Part shown: positions 1-13,382 of the stretch, piece after piece | How the letters are laid out: each line of letters begins with the position of its first letter | How positions within the stretch are numbered: the stretch's first letter is position 1 | Assembly: GCA_016432625.1 (NCBI GenBank) | Contig: CP066697.1 | Span: 586,561 to 650,560, forward strand | Direction: 5' to 3' | From: Candidatus Berkelbacteria bacterium | Lineage (GTDB): Bacteria; Patescibacteriota; UBA1384; 2-12-FULL-50-11 | Length of the DNA: 64,000 nucleotides | Notes under the pieces: generated by a model | What the model was told of the DNA's origin: nothing | Database searches by the model: none | What the model saw: the letters and a program-made list of their open reading frames with translations, nothing else | Program-made: the position numbers and the translations under genes

Positions 1-1022
1 CCGACCTTAGTTATTATGTCCCCGGATTTAATGCCAGCTTTCTCAGCCGGGCCGCCAGAAGCAACCGCCGCAGCCCCCTGACTCCCGCTAATTAGTGCCC
101 CCTTCTCGACAGCGAGCCCTAACGATTTAGCGACCGCCTTAGTGATAGTCTGGAAACGAACGCCGATATAAGGCTGAATAATTTTGCTGTTTTTCTTATA
201 GCTCTCAAGGTCTTTTTTGAGCTCATTAACGGGTATCGCGAAACCAATACCTTCAGCGTCACCAGCAATTAATGAGTTAATACCGACAACTTGCCCGCCG
301 AGCGTTAGGAGCGGCCCACCGGAGTTTCCAGGATTGATTGCGGCGTCAGTCTGGAGCAGCCCGTAAAATGCGTCACTGCTACCGCTAGCGTTAGCGGAGC
401 GTTCCTTTGCGGAAACGACGCCGACGGTAACGCTGTTTTGCAGCTCTCCAAGTGCGTTCCCAATAGCAATCACCCACTGCCCAACTTGAACCTTGTCAGA
501 ATCTCCTAAGTCAGCCACCGGCAATCCGGTCTCCTCGATTTTAAGAAAAGCGATGTCATTCGACGGATCTTTCGCGACGACTTTGCCGTCATAGGTTTTA
601 TTGTTCGAAGTCGTCACGGTAAACTTCTCACCACTTGATACAACGTGCTTATTCGTCGCGATCAAGCCGTCAGAAGTAATGACGAAGCCCGTCCCGGAAG
701 TTTGTGGTGCTTCAATGGTTCCCAAACCAAAAACATCGCGCATTGCGCTACCGATGCTAGTGACGCTAACGACAGCCGGGTCGACTTTTTTACTCGCATC
801 AATGATCGCTGAGGACTCTTCGACAATGATTTTTTCCGAGCGAGTCGTGTTGATGTCGAAAACCTTCAGGTCGTTAAGCCCAAGAGCAGTCCTCCAGCGT
901 TCGCCAGTAGGTGTGACGGAAAGAAAGTAGAGCGTGCCAATAACGACCAAGAATGTGACAATAACAGTTGTAGCGACGACGAGACCAAAGAACGGTTTTT
1001 GTTTCGGATCTATTTTTATCAT
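1..1022 (-). CDS. htrA: HtrA/DegP-family trypsin-like serine protease with C-terminal PDZ domain; 3' end cut by window edge
   Basis: Manual minus-strand translation of 240-520 gives ...AINPGNSGGPLLTLGGQVVGINSLIAGDAEGIGFAIPVNELK... then a PDZ-like segment (GIKSGDIITKV); start ATG (rc) at 1020-1022 followed by an N-terminal TM helix; no complete ORF in the track because it runs off the window. Confidence 0.8.
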   Translation of the reverse strand, partial: MIKIDPKQKPFFGLVVATTVIVTFLVVIGTLYFLSVTPTGERWRTALGLNDLKVFDINTTRSEKIIVEESSAIIDASKKVDPAVVSVTSIGSAMRDVFGLGTIEAPQTSGTGFVITSDGLIATNKHVVSSGEKFTVTTSNNKTYDGKVVAKDPSNDIAFLKIEETGLPVADLGDSDKVQVGQWVIAIGNALGELQNSVTVGVVSAKERSANASGSSDAFYGLLQTDAAINPGNSGGPLLTLGGQVVGINSLIAGDAEGIGFAIPVNELKKDLESYKKNSKIIQPYIGVRFQTITKAVAKSLGLAVEKGALISGSQGAAAVASGGPAEKAGIKSGDIITKV

Positions 1023-1024
1023 TT

Positions 1025-1285
1025 CTACTTTTTCTTAGCAGAACCATTATCAGTGCGCTCGTGCACGGCCCGCAAGACAGACTCTAGTGCCGTAGCAATC
1101 GTTCCCATGTTAACAATTGCCGGCACAATGTCACTGACAAAACTGCGAAAGGTTTTAGAGAGGTTTTCGATCCTGCCCAACATACGGTTTGCACGATGCA
1201 AGAGAACGATCAGATAACCGAGCGCGACCACAAAACCAGCAAGGACTAAGATGGCCATGTAGTTTATGAAATCAAGCGTTGTCAA
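1025..1285 (-). CDS. small hypothetical membrane protein (86 aa)
   Basis: ORF with one N-terminal hydrophobic helix; tightly packed between mscS and htrA. Confidence 0.35.
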   Translation of the reverse strand: MTTLDFINYMAILVLAGFVVALGYLIVLLHRANRMLGRIENLSKTFRSFVSDIVPAIVNMGTIATALESVLRAVHERTDNGSAKKK

Positions 1286-1294
1286 AATTCCCTC

Positions 1295-1816
1295 CTATCT
1301 CTTTTTTACTACGATCCACGATGCTTTGTCGAATGTTGAATTCGGTAGGACGTGTAATTTACCGCTCTTATCGCGCAGACGGACCTTGCGGGCGTCCATT
1401 TTTTCGACGACGCCGTCAATGTCATTTAAGCGCAGCTCGTCACCAACGTTGAAGTCCGGGTCCTGGGCTAAGAAAATACCCGAGATGAGGTCCTGAACGA
1501 GTGAAGAGGCGCCGGCAGTGATGGCCAGGCCGGCAACAGCTACGAAGCCTGATAAAGCAAAGGCTAGCTGGGTCAAACCCATCTGTTGCAGCAGCGCAGC
1601 TACCAGCAAAAGCCAAAGTGCAACGTTAATAACCGACATCAGGATGTCTTTTAACGCCTGTTTGGCACGTGAGACACGGATGAGACTGCTGATGATAAAC
1701 GCAACAATTTTCAGGAAGACGTAGCCAACAACAAACGTCAAAAGTAACTGCGGCAATCTATCAAGCGCCTTATCGCTGAGCGCGGCTATCTGGTCCCAGA
1801 ATGTTCCCAATCCCAT
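1295..1816 (-). CDS. mscS: MscS-family small-conductance mechanosensitive channel (short form)
   Basis: TM helices followed by the MscS beta-domain-like motif VGDELRLNDIDGVVEKMDARKVRLRDKSGKLHVLPNS. Confidence 0.7.
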   Translation of the reverse strand: MGLGTFWDQIAALSDKALDRLPQLLLTFVVGYVFLKIVAFIISSLIRVSRAKQALKDILMSVINVALWLLLVAALLQQMGLTQLAFALSGFVAVAGLAITAGASSLVQDLISGIFLAQDPDFNVGDELRLNDIDGVVEKMDARKVRLRDKSGKLHVLPNSTFDKASWIVVKKR

Positions 1817-1834
1817 GAATCAACTTTAGCACAA

Positions 1835-3223
1835 CTACCCAAGCAAGCGTCTTATAGTGTCTTGAGCAACCGTAACGTTGATCTGCCCTTTGGTTCTAGT
1901 CATAACTTGGCCGACTAGAAAGTTTAAGGCCACGACTTTTCCTGCCTTGTAATCGGCGAGCGCCTTGGGGTTAGCTTTTATCACTTCTTGTGCGACTGCC
2001 TCGGGGTCAATATCGCCCGACGTCCCTTTGCGCGCGGCGACAAGTTTTTCAGCCGTCTCGCCATCAAGGACCTGAGCAACTAAACTCTCAAACATCGACT
2101 TGCTCCAGCCTTGATCATTCTTGGCCTCGAGTAACAGCAGTCGGTCACTAGCATTAAGCTCGGAAAATTTGGGCAATCCGGCCCGCATCTTGCCATCTTC
2201 GAGGGTGTAAAACTTAACCTTGTCATCATCTTTGAATTTCTTAGATGAAGCCGCATAGGTTTCCATAATTGAATCGAACTCCTGCCTGTCAACAATAATC
2301 TTGGCGATCGCTTCGCTCATGCCGAGCTTCGCTAATCTAGTGCGTTGCTCATCCGGCAAAACGAGCGAGCCCGTGGCCTTGCCGAGCGAGATAGAGACCA
2401 TTGGCAGGTCTGGCTCCGGGAAATAGCGGTAATCAGCGCTAGTTTCCTTGCCACGCATGACGGCGGTTTCCCCCTTTTTCTCATCCCAAAGCCGCGTTTC
2501 TTGAGCGACGGTTTTACCTTCGTCTAATAGTTTAGTCTGGCGAGCAAACTCGTAGTTAATCGCCCGTTCAACCGAACGGAAGGAGTTAAGGTTCTTCACC
2601 TCAACTTTAGTACCAAGCTCGGCACCGGCAGCAGCGATAGAGATATTGGCCTCGCAACGCATCTGACCTTTTTCCATATCGGCGCGGCTGATCTTGAGGT
2701 GCCTAACCAAGCGCTGAAGTTCCTGGCAAAAATGTTTAGCCGCCTCGGCGGTATGAAAATCGGGTTCGGTCACCATTTCAAGTAGCGGTACGCCAGCACG
2801 ATTGTAGTCGACGAGCGAACGTTTACCTTGCGTGTCATGCGTCAATTTACCGGCATCCTCTTCAAGATGGATTCTAGTTATGCGGTGCGTCTGTCCTTCG
2901 ATAACTATACTGGCGCGCTCTACTAGCGGAGCGGTTGATTGAGATATCTGGTAGCCCTTCGGCAAATCCGGATAAAAGTAGTTTTTCCGCGCCCAGAAAG
3001 TCTTCGGGGCGATCTTTCCGTTTAAAGCCTGTCCCAAGCCAACGGTCATCTCGATAGCTTTTTTATTGAGTAGCGGTAGCGCCCCCGGCAAGCCGTAGCA
3101 GACCGGGCAGACGTGAGTATTTGGCTCGGCGTTAAAAGGATCGTTCTTGCAGCCACAGAACATTTTGGTCGTCGTCTCCAGCTCCACATGAACCTCAAGA
3201 CCAACCGTCAGTTCTCGCGTCAT
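1835..3223 (-). CDS. gatB: Asp/Glu-tRNA(Asn/Gln) amidotransferase subunit B
   Basis: MTRELTVGLEVHVELETTTKMFCGCKN...CPVCYGLPGALP typical GatB N-terminus; true start probably the internal MTRELT (about 3223) rather than the ORF-track start 3292. Confidence 0.9.
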   Translation of the reverse strand: MTRELTVGLEVHVELETTTKMFCGCKNDPFNAEPNTHVCPVCYGLPGALPLLNKKAIEMTVGLGQALNGKIAPKTFWARKNYFYPDLPKGYQISQSTAPLVERASIVIEGQTHRITRIHLEEDAGKLTHDTQGKRSLVDYNRAGVPLLEMVTEPDFHTAEAAKHFCQELQRLVRHLKISRADMEKGQMRCEANISIAAAGAELGTKVEVKNLNSFRSVERAINYEFARQTKLLDEGKTVAQETRLWDEKKGETAVMRGKETSADYRYFPEPDLPMVSISLGKATGSLVLPDEQRTRLAKLGMSEAIAKIIVDRQEFDSIMETYAASSKKFKDDDKVKFYTLEDGKMRAGLPKFSELNASDRLLLLEAKNDQGWSKSMFESLVAQVLDGETAEKLVAARKGTSGDIDPEAVAQEVIKANPKALADYKAGKVVALNFLVGQVMTRTKGQINVTVAQDTIRRLLG

Positions 3224-3603
3224 CTGGCGCTCTCTCCACGCAAAAATGAGACCGATTCGCTGTAGGTACGGAGGAAAGTGCTCTTCTCCCACTCGGCGAC
3301 AAAACTGCCAGATTCGTGTACCAATTCGTTACGTTTCAGATGAGCTTTCCACAGCTGGCTATAGAGCTGTTTCGGGAAGCGATTGCGCAGGGCTTTGAGT
3401 CGGTCGGCGAACGTATCGGCCTTAACAAACTCCCTCATTAAAGAGTCGATTAACTTATCGTAATCAATTATCGCCTGCTTGAAAGCTAGTTGGTTGTTCT
3501 GGGCGGCTAGCGCATCAATCTGGCGCATCCGTGATTCAATTTCCAACCAGTCGATAACCGGCCGCTTAGGTTTAGAGCCAAAAAGTGTCTGCCAAAAGCC
3601 CAT
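3220..3603 (-). CDS. hypothetical protein (127 aa)
   Basis: ORF ending 4 nt into the gatB start; no recognisable motif. Confidence 0.4.
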   Translation of the reverse strand: MGFWQTLFGSKPKRPVIDWLEIESRMRQIDALAAQNNQLAFKQAIIDYDKLIDSLMREFVKADTFADRLKALRNRFPKQLYSQLWKAHLKRNELVHESGSFVAEWEKSTFLRTYSESVSFLRGESAR

Positions 3604-3605
3604 TT

Positions 3606-3827
3606 TTAGCCGCGCCCCACAATGTTAGAGACGATGCTGCCGATATGCTCTTCCACGAATACTCCAAGCCAAAGAAGGAAGATGGTTACAGCTACCGTTG
3701 CTGTTATTCGGCGTAAATAAGAGTAGAAACTGCGCATCTGCTCGCGTTTTCGTTCGGCAATAAGAGTCCGCTCCAAGGCCTCGGTCTCGATTTTGGCTAG
3801 TTTCTTCTCTCTGGCCCTTCGTCCCAT
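3606..3827 (-). CDS. small hypothetical membrane protein (73 aa)
   Basis: Charged N-terminus followed by one TM helix. Confidence 0.3.
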   Translation of the reverse strand: MGRRAREKKLAKIETEALERTLIAERKREQMRSFYSYLRRITATVAVTIFLLWLGVFVEEHIGSIVSNIVGRG

Positions 3828-3830
3828 TGT

Positions 3831-5172
3831 TTAAGAATACTTCCTTGGCGCCTTAGTGTGATAGTCGGTCTCGGCTTGAAAAGTCTTCGCTAGGGAAATT
3901 AGCTTGTTGTCTTCAAAGTGCGGCGCGACAATTTGTGCCCCGATTGGCATGCCAGAAGCGCTGAAACCACACGGCAGAGCAATCGCTGGGATGCCGGCTA
4001 AATTTACTCCGACCGTCAACAAATCGGATTGATACATGGCGATCGGATCCTTAACGCGACTGCCGATATCAAATGGCAGTGTCGGCGTCGTGGGTGAAAT
4101 CAGCACATCAACTGATTTGAAAACTCGCTCATAATCTTGCCGGATCATATCCTTGACCCGAACGGCCGTTTGGTAATAGGCGTCGTAATGACCGACCGAG
4201 AGAACGTAAGTCCCAAGCAATATCCGCCGTTTCACTTCTTGCCCGAAGTGCGCCCGGGTATCGCGATAAATGTCTTTTAACTCGTCGCGCCGTTCGCTCT
4301 TCTGGAAACGAATACCGTCATAGCGTGCTAAGTTCGCAGACACCTCTGCAGGCGTAATTACGTAATATGCTGGCAAACCGTAAGGCAGATACGGCAGTGA
4401 AACTTTGCTCACAATTGCGCCCCGAGATTCAAAAAAACCGACAAATTCCTTTACGGCGCGGGCAATCTCCTGATCAATATCTAGCTCCCAGAGCTCCTTG
4501 GGCAAGCCGACGCGTAAGCCTTTCAGATTGACATCCTCAGGTTTGTAGGTGTAATCGGTCGTTGTCTGGTCGAACTTATCCTGACCGCTGATAGCCGCGA
4601 AGACTCGCTCGACAGTGTTAGCGTCGCGGGCAAGTGGCCCGATTACATCAATTGAGCTTGTTAAGGCGATGAGTCCGTAGCGCGAGACGGAACCGTAAGT
4701 AGGTTTAAGGCCAGTCACGCCGCAGAACGCTGCCGGTTGTCGAATCGAACCAGCCGTGTCGGAACCAAGGGCAGCGTCGCAAAGCCCGGCAGCAACTGCT
4801 ACGGCCGACCCCCCAGAAGAACCACCTGGCACCTTACTGGTATCCCAGGGATTTTTCGTTACACCGTAAGCCGAATTCTCCGTCGAGGAGCCCATGGCGA
4901 ATTCGTCAAGATTCGTTTTACCCAATAGTGCCGCTCCTTTGGCTCTAAGCCGTCGGACAACCGTTGCGTCATATGGGGAAACGTACCCCTCCAAGATTTT
5001 CGAGGCAGCAGTTGTTGGCCAGTCTTTGACGACGATGTTGTCCTTTATGGCCAGAGCCATATCAGCTAACTCACCTTCTACTACCGCTGTAGTGCGGTCG
5101 TTTTCGGCCTGAAAAAGAAAAGCGTTCAGCTCTTGGTTAGTTGTTTTAATGCGCTCCGAGTAACTGGCAGCT

Positions 5173-5183
<11 letters not shown>
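3831..5183 (-). CDS. gatA: Glu-tRNA(Gln) amidotransferase subunit A
   Basis: Amidase signature GGSSGGSAVAVAAGLCDAALGSDTAGSIRQPAAFCG. Confidence 0.9.
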
Positions 5184-8376
<3,193 letters not shown>

Positions 8377-8421
8377 CGTGGCTCTAATATATCAGTTAAC
8401 TAGCCGCCTGCCAGGTGTGAC

Positions 8422-10146
8422 TTACCAGGAACCACCGCCTCCGCCTCCGCCGCCACCACCAGAGAAACCGCCGCCTGAGCCACCAGGAGTGCTGCCGAGT
8501 GTCTGCCCGATTTGTGATGAAAGCGAGGAGATAGAGTCGTTGAATGAATCGAAACTAGCAGCGTGGGCAGAACCAACGTACCAACCGAGCATTGGGGCGG
8601 TTGTAGTTTGATCAGCGTAGATTTTTTTAAACGCCGCTAGCCACTTGTCAGTTAGGGCAAAGGCGATGGCGTAAGGCAGGTACTTCTCGAAGATGTTTTC
8701 TTTTTCGTAGAACTCCATGCGATACTTTTCAGCTTTTGACAGATACAATTTGAACCCCTTCAGCTCGTGGAGCAAGATCGCTCCCCGGTCGGTTCGGCGA
8801 GGCATAATGACGCCAAAGACGAGCGTGATAACACCGCTTAGGCCGACAGCGATCATGAATCCGGGCGAAAACGTGGCAATACTCCAGAAGGCAATAAAGA
8901 TTAAAACTATGCCGACCGTGATTAACGCTCCTCGCCAAATAAGACTCGCTGGGTCCAAAAGCTGGGCTCCCTCCAACACTTTATTGCCTTGATCTTTAAG
9001 CTCGCCGAGGTGGGTGTGAAAAGTATTTTTGTTATCGCTGAGCTTCGTTGTGCTGCCTTCAGCCATGGCGCCGAACAGTTTCTCTAGCAAGAATTTCTGG
9101 TAGGATTTCAGACCGCTCGTATCAGCCTTCAACAACACCAACTGATAGTCTTTCTTGCCAAAGAGGCCTTTTTTAGCAATTTCTTCGATTCTTAAGTGGC
9201 CTCTGACGGCCAGATCGATCATCGTCGCCGTGACGTAATCCGGCTTAATTTCACCGTAACTCTCGAGTAGGCCTAGTTCTAGGGGCGATAACTTTGCCGG
9301 TGGGCCGTACTGGACTAGCTCGGGACGCTTCAAATTCGGGTCATCACCCTTACGACGCCATAGGCTAAAGAGCACGAATGTCACTGCGAGTGGCAAAATA
9401 AACCATAGCCAAGTGCCATATTGCTCAAGAAATGTTGGCGAATAAGTGTTTATTGTCCCTGACGGGAACTTAGCTACTAACGTGACGCCGTTCTCCGGCA
9501 GCAGGGCGTCGGTTGTAAAGATGTGCAGCACGTCCTTACCCTGACTATTCGTGTCCCAACTTGCCTGGCTGATTTTTGCTTCTGTCGAGCCTCGCAAACC
9601 GTCATAGATAGTGTACTCAACCTTATCTTTATCGATCGGCAGCTCAACGAGGGCCGAAAAACTATCGATCGGCAGCTGCCAGAAATTACCTGAGAGGTTC
9701 CAGTTGAATACTTGTCTGGATTCGTCAGCATAGACTGCGTTATCGACGCGATAAGTAAGCCGATACTGTTGGACCCCCATTATGGTCTTGTCTGGGTCAC
9801 CGATCTTCCAGGTGATGGTGCTATCAATCCGGCTTGCAGATTCCTCGTACGTAAGAGGCTGATCTTCAAAATTCGTGATCGAGCCGAGCGTCACAGGAGT
9901 CTCGGCGTAAATACCTTCCGGATACGGCGCCCGTGTGGGCAGAATGCGAAAGATGCCGTGCTTTCCAGGCAGTGAGCCGCAATCGACCGTCAAATCTTCT
10001 TGAACTCTCAGGCTAGCGTCGGTGTTGATAGTGATAGCGCTGTCAAATTTCTGAACGACACAGTCGGTGGACGGTTCAGTTGCTCCTGAGCCTAGCGGCA
10101 AAAGTAAGGTGCCAATCAGCGCAACCAACGCCACAAAAAACTTCAT
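8422..10146 (-). CDS. DUF2207-type membrane protein with C-terminal Gly-rich tail
   Basis: Signal peptide, large extracytoplasmic domain, TM helices, C-terminal GGSGGGFSGGGGGGGGGGSW tail typical of DUF2207 proteins that accompany LemA. Confidence 0.6.
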   Translation of the reverse strand: MKFFVALVALIGTLLLPLGSGATEPSTDCVVQKFDSAITINTDASLRVQEDLTVDCGSLPGKHGIFRILPTRAPYPEGIYAETPVTLGSITNFEDQPLTYEESASRIDSTITWKIGDPDKTIMGVQQYRLTYRVDNAVYADESRQVFNWNLSGNFWQLPIDSFSALVELPIDKDKVEYTIYDGLRGSTEAKISQASWDTNSQGKDVLHIFTTDALLPENGVTLVAKFPSGTINTYSPTFLEQYGTWLWFILPLAVTFVLFSLWRRKGDDPNLKRPELVQYGPPAKLSPLELGLLESYGEIKPDYVTATMIDLAVRGHLRIEEIAKKGLFGKKDYQLVLLKADTSGLKSYQKFLLEKLFGAMAEGSTTKLSDNKNTFHTHLGELKDQGNKVLEGAQLLDPASLIWRGALITVGIVLIFIAFWSIATFSPGFMIAVGLSGVITLVFGVIMPRRTDRGAILLHELKGFKLYLSKAEKYRMEFYEKENIFEKYLPYAIAFALTDKWLAAFKKIYADQTTTAPMLGWYVGSAHAASFDSFNDSISSLSSQIGQTLGSTPGGSGGGFSGGGGGGGGGGSW

Positions 10147-10178
10147 AGCATAATACTAGCCTATATTGTCGACTCTGT

Positions 10179-10733
10179 TCAGAACTGGACTTTGACTGGT
10201 TCTTTTTCACCGGCGGCGGCTTCGAAAAACTCGCGCTTCTGGGCACCGACCATACCGGCGATCATGTTGGTCGGGAAAGTTTCAATCTTAGTGTTTAGGT
10301 CACGGACGTTAGCGTTATAGAAACGGCGTGATGCCTGAATTTTATCCTCAGTGTCCGTAAGTTCAGTCTGAAGAGATAGAAAGTTCTGCGAAGACTTTAG
10401 GTCGGGGTAGGCTTCTGAAACCGCAAAGAGACTTTTCAGGGTTTCGCTAAGCATATTTTCAGCCTGGGCCTTGTCGTGTGGCGACTTAGCGCTCATGGCA
10501 GTAGTTCGCGCTTCGGTTACCTGTGTCAAAACATCTTTTTCTTGTTTGACGTAGCCCTTGACTGCCTCGATAAGGTTCGGGATCAGGTCGTAGCGACGTT
10601 TCAATTGAACGTCGATGTCACTCCAAGCCTCTTGGACTCTATTTTTCAGGGTAATCAGCGAGTTGTAGGTGGCGATAAACCAAATAACAACTAGCGCGGC
10701 GATGGCGATGATTATCCATAGGAGTGTACTCAT
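10179..10733 (-). CDS. lemA: LemA-family protein
   Basis: N-terminal TM helix followed by YNSLITLKNRVQEAWSDIDVQLKRRYDLIPNLIE, the LemA signature. Confidence 0.8.
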   Translation of the reverse strand: MSTLLWIIIAIAALVVIWFIATYNSLITLKNRVQEAWSDIDVQLKRRYDLIPNLIEAVKGYVKQEKDVLTQVTEARTTAMSAKSPHDKAQAENMLSETLKSLFAVSEAYPDLKSSQNFLSLQTELTDTEDKIQASRRFYNANVRDLNTKIETFPTNMIAGMVGAQKREFFEAAAGEKEPVKVQF

Positions 10734-10747
10734 GGCATCACTCTACT

Positions 10748-10984
10748 TCAACGTGTAGGGTCCTGCAAGGTCTGTACGGCCTGTTTATCTAGAAATGGTA
10801 GAGCGGCTTCTAGTCCCGTCCGCGACCCACGAAGTGACAGCAAGAGCATGACGAGCAGGCTAACAACAATTATTATTGCGACGACAAGACCAATTAATAA
10901 CGGGGTACGTAAGGCCCCGAACGGGCCAGTCCGGATTTTAATTACCTCTTCCGCTTCTTGGGCGGTAATTAATGCCTCACTCAA
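10748..10984 (-). CDS. small hypothetical membrane protein (78 aa)
   Basis: Single long hydrophobic helix. Confidence 0.3.
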   Translation of the reverse strand: MSEALITAQEAEEVIKIRTGPFGALRTPLLIGLVVAIIIVVSLLVMLLLSLRGSRTGLEAALPFLDKQAVQTLQDPTR

Positions 10985-11051
10985 AGTAGTTCCCTTCCCT
11001 GCTAAACATCACCCTCCCATTATGCCGAAAGTTAGTACTTGTCGTAAGACG

Positions 11052-12203
11052 TCAGCGAGCAAGCTCAAGCGCCTTGTCGAGAGCCGGATCTGATGTCGCC
11101 GTAACTTCACCTTCAACCAAGACGTCTGGCTTGATGCCCTCTTTATTGACGGATCGACCCTTCGGCGTCAGCCATTCCGCGACAGTGAGACGTAGGGAGT
11201 TTCCTTTGCCAAGCGGGATAATATCTTGGACTGAGCCTTTGCCGAAGGTTTTCTGACCAATTATTTGCGCTCGGCCGTAGTCTTGCAGGGCACCGGCCAG
11301 GATCTCAGCTGCTGAAGCTGAGCCCTCGTTAACTAAGACCAAAAGTTTAGTGTTAGGGAAGGTTGGCACTTGTGTCGAGCGAACATCCTCGGACTTTTTG
11401 AATTTAAATTTTTGAGTCGTGATTACTGAAGGCGGCAAGAACGCTCCAGCAATTGGTGCGACGTCGTCAAGATAACCGCCCGGGTTATTACGCAAGTCCA
11501 TAATGAAGGCCGTTGGATTCTTGGCGTTCAGCTCCGCGAAGCCCTTTTGTGCTAGTTCGATAGTGTCGTCGCCAAATTGGGCTATCTCCATATACGCAAC
11601 CGTGCCCATCATTTTCCAGGTAACGCTGGGGATACTTATCGCTTCGCGGTTCACCTTCAACTCCAGTGGAACATCTTTGCCCTGGCGAAAAATGGAAAGC
11701 GTTACCTCGGTGCCAGCTTTACCACGAATCTTACTAACTGCTTGATCAAGCGTCATCTTCTCCGTTGATTCGCCGTCAATCGTCAAGATGATGTCATTCG
11801 GCTTCATGCCAGCTTTCTCGGCTGGCGATCCGGAGAGCGGAGCGACGACTGTAATCGCGTCGTTTTTCGTTTCTAATCTAGCTCCTATACCTTCAAACTC
11901 ACCGCTTAGTTCTTCTGATAAAGTATTCCTTTCCTCCGAGCTTAAGAAGCTACTGAAGGGATCGCCGAGGCTGTCGATAAACCCACGAGTCACTCCGTCA
12001 ACCGCTTTTTTCTTATCAATCTGACCGACAAACTCCTTATCAACTACCGAGTAAACCTGCCAGAATTCGCTGAGGTTAAGCTGTTGGCGGTTTAGTTCAT
12101 AAGCGCCACCTGCCAAAAAGCCAGCAAAGAACACCAGCGCAACACCGAATAATAAGAAAACCTTAGAGAGTACCCGACGCGGCGGGACGATCGTCTTCCC
12201 CAT
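11052..12203 (-). CDS. S41-family C-terminal processing (tail-specific) protease with PDZ domain
   Basis: PDZ segment GSPAEKAGMKPNDIILTIDG and S41 catalytic region LVLVNEGSASAAEILAGALQDYGRAQIIGQKTFGKGSVQ. Confidence 0.85.
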   Translation of the reverse strand: MGKTIVPPRRVLSKVFLLFGVALVFFAGFLAGGAYELNRQQLNLSEFWQVYSVVDKEFVGQIDKKKAVDGVTRGFIDSLGDPFSSFLSSEERNTLSEELSGEFEGIGARLETKNDAITVVAPLSGSPAEKAGMKPNDIILTIDGESTEKMTLDQAVSKIRGKAGTEVTLSIFRQGKDVPLELKVNREAISIPSVTWKMMGTVAYMEIAQFGDDTIELAQKGFAELNAKNPTAFIMDLRNNPGGYLDDVAPIAGAFLPPSVITTQKFKFKKSEDVRSTQVPTFPNTKLLVLVNEGSASAAEILAGALQDYGRAQIIGQKTFGKGSVQDIIPLGKGNSLRLTVAEWLTPKGRSVNKEGIKPDVLVEGEVTATSDPALDKALELAR

Positions 12204-13290
12204 ATAGTTGTTCTACCAGCAAATCGTTCGCGGGAACAGCCTCAACAATAGCGCCGCCAAGTAATTTATCCTTATCGTAAAAGACGATGGACTGGCCAGG
12301 AGTCAGTGCTCGGACTGGTTCCTTGAATTTGACGCGGAGCTGCTCGCCTTTTTCTGCACTGACGGTAACCTCGACCGCTTCCTGGCGATATCTGACTCTA
12401 GCCTGACAACGTTTCGGCAGATCACTGGGCACGAGTAAATTCAGCCCTGCCGCGACGAGCTCATCGGAGTACGTTCGCTGATCTGGTCCAACGACAAGAC
12501 GGTTTGAGACCTTATCTTTTGCGACAACAAAAAGTGGTGGGACATCCCCGGTCCATTTAACAGAACCGCTGCCAAGACGCTGACCGATCGTATATAATCT
12601 CACTCCCTGATGTTCACCAATAACTCGGCCGTCCGCTAGAACCGCTACGCCTGGACTGGCTTTAATTCGGCTCTTCAAGAATTCACGGACCTTAAGCGGC
12701 CCAATAAAACAAATTCCCTGGCTATCTTTTTTCGCCGCCGTGGGCAACTTGAGACTTTTAGCGAGCTCGCGAACCTCTGCCTTAGTCTTGTCGCCTAGCG
12801 GAAAGAGTAATGACGGCAAAATTGAACGTTCAATACCCCAGAGAAAGTAAGTCTGATCCTTGGCCTTATCCTTGGGAATGCCAATTAACTCAGCTGAAAC
12901 TTTCTTAGCGTAGTGCCCAGTGGCGAGATAATCTGGCTCTAGTTGCCTTACGGCGCGCCACAAGGCCTTGAACTTTATTTCACGATTACATAGGACGTCC
13001 GGATTCGGTGTTACCCCTTGTTGGTAACCAGCGAAAAACCGCTCAATAACTTCGTGTTCGTACTCTTTAGTGAGATTAATCGTTAGAAAGTTGATATCCA
13101 GTTGCTTGGCAACGGCCTTGGCGTCGGCCTCTTCTTCTTGCCAAGTGCATGGGTACTCTGGCGTTCCAGTCCAACCCAAAATATAGACACCGACCACGTC
13201 GAACCCCTGCTCCTTGAGCAGTGCGGCGGCGACGGAAGAATCAACGCCGCCGGACATTAGCACTACGACACGCTGCGCTTTCGCCTTCAT
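12163..13290 (-). CDS. mnmA: tRNA 2-thiouridylase
   Basis: PP-loop VVVLMSGGVDSSVAAALL and conserved MnmA core. Confidence 0.9.
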   Translation of the reverse strand: MKAKAQRVVVLMSGGVDSSVAAALLKEQGFDVVGVYILGWTGTPEYPCTWQEEEADAKAVAKQLDINFLTINLTKEYEHEVIERFFAGYQQGVTPNPDVLCNREIKFKALWRAVRQLEPDYLATGHYAKKVSAELIGIPKDKAKDQTYFLWGIERSILPSLLFPLGDKTKAEVRELAKSLKLPTAAKKDSQGICFIGPLKVREFLKSRIKASPGVAVLADGRVIGEHQGVRLYTIGQRLGSGSVKWTGDVPPLFVVAKDKVSNRLVVGPDQRTYSDELVAAGLNLLVPSDLPKRCQARVRYRQEAVEVTVSAEKGEQLRVKFKEPVRALTPGQSIVFYDKDKLLGGAIVEAVPANDLLVEQLYGEDDRPAASGTL

Positions 13291-13382
13291 CTCAAAAGAA
13301 TTGCCTGCATAAACATATCGGCAAGGATCTCAGATTGCATAACGCCCATATTTTACGCTACCAAGACCCGAAAGTCGATTCG

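Noticed and set aside
601-1217. Plus-strand ORFs 601-930 and 999-1217 in the first kilobase
   Set aside because: They are antisense to a clearly recognisable minus-strand HtrA protease (GNSGGPLL, PDZ) and have no motifs; spurious.
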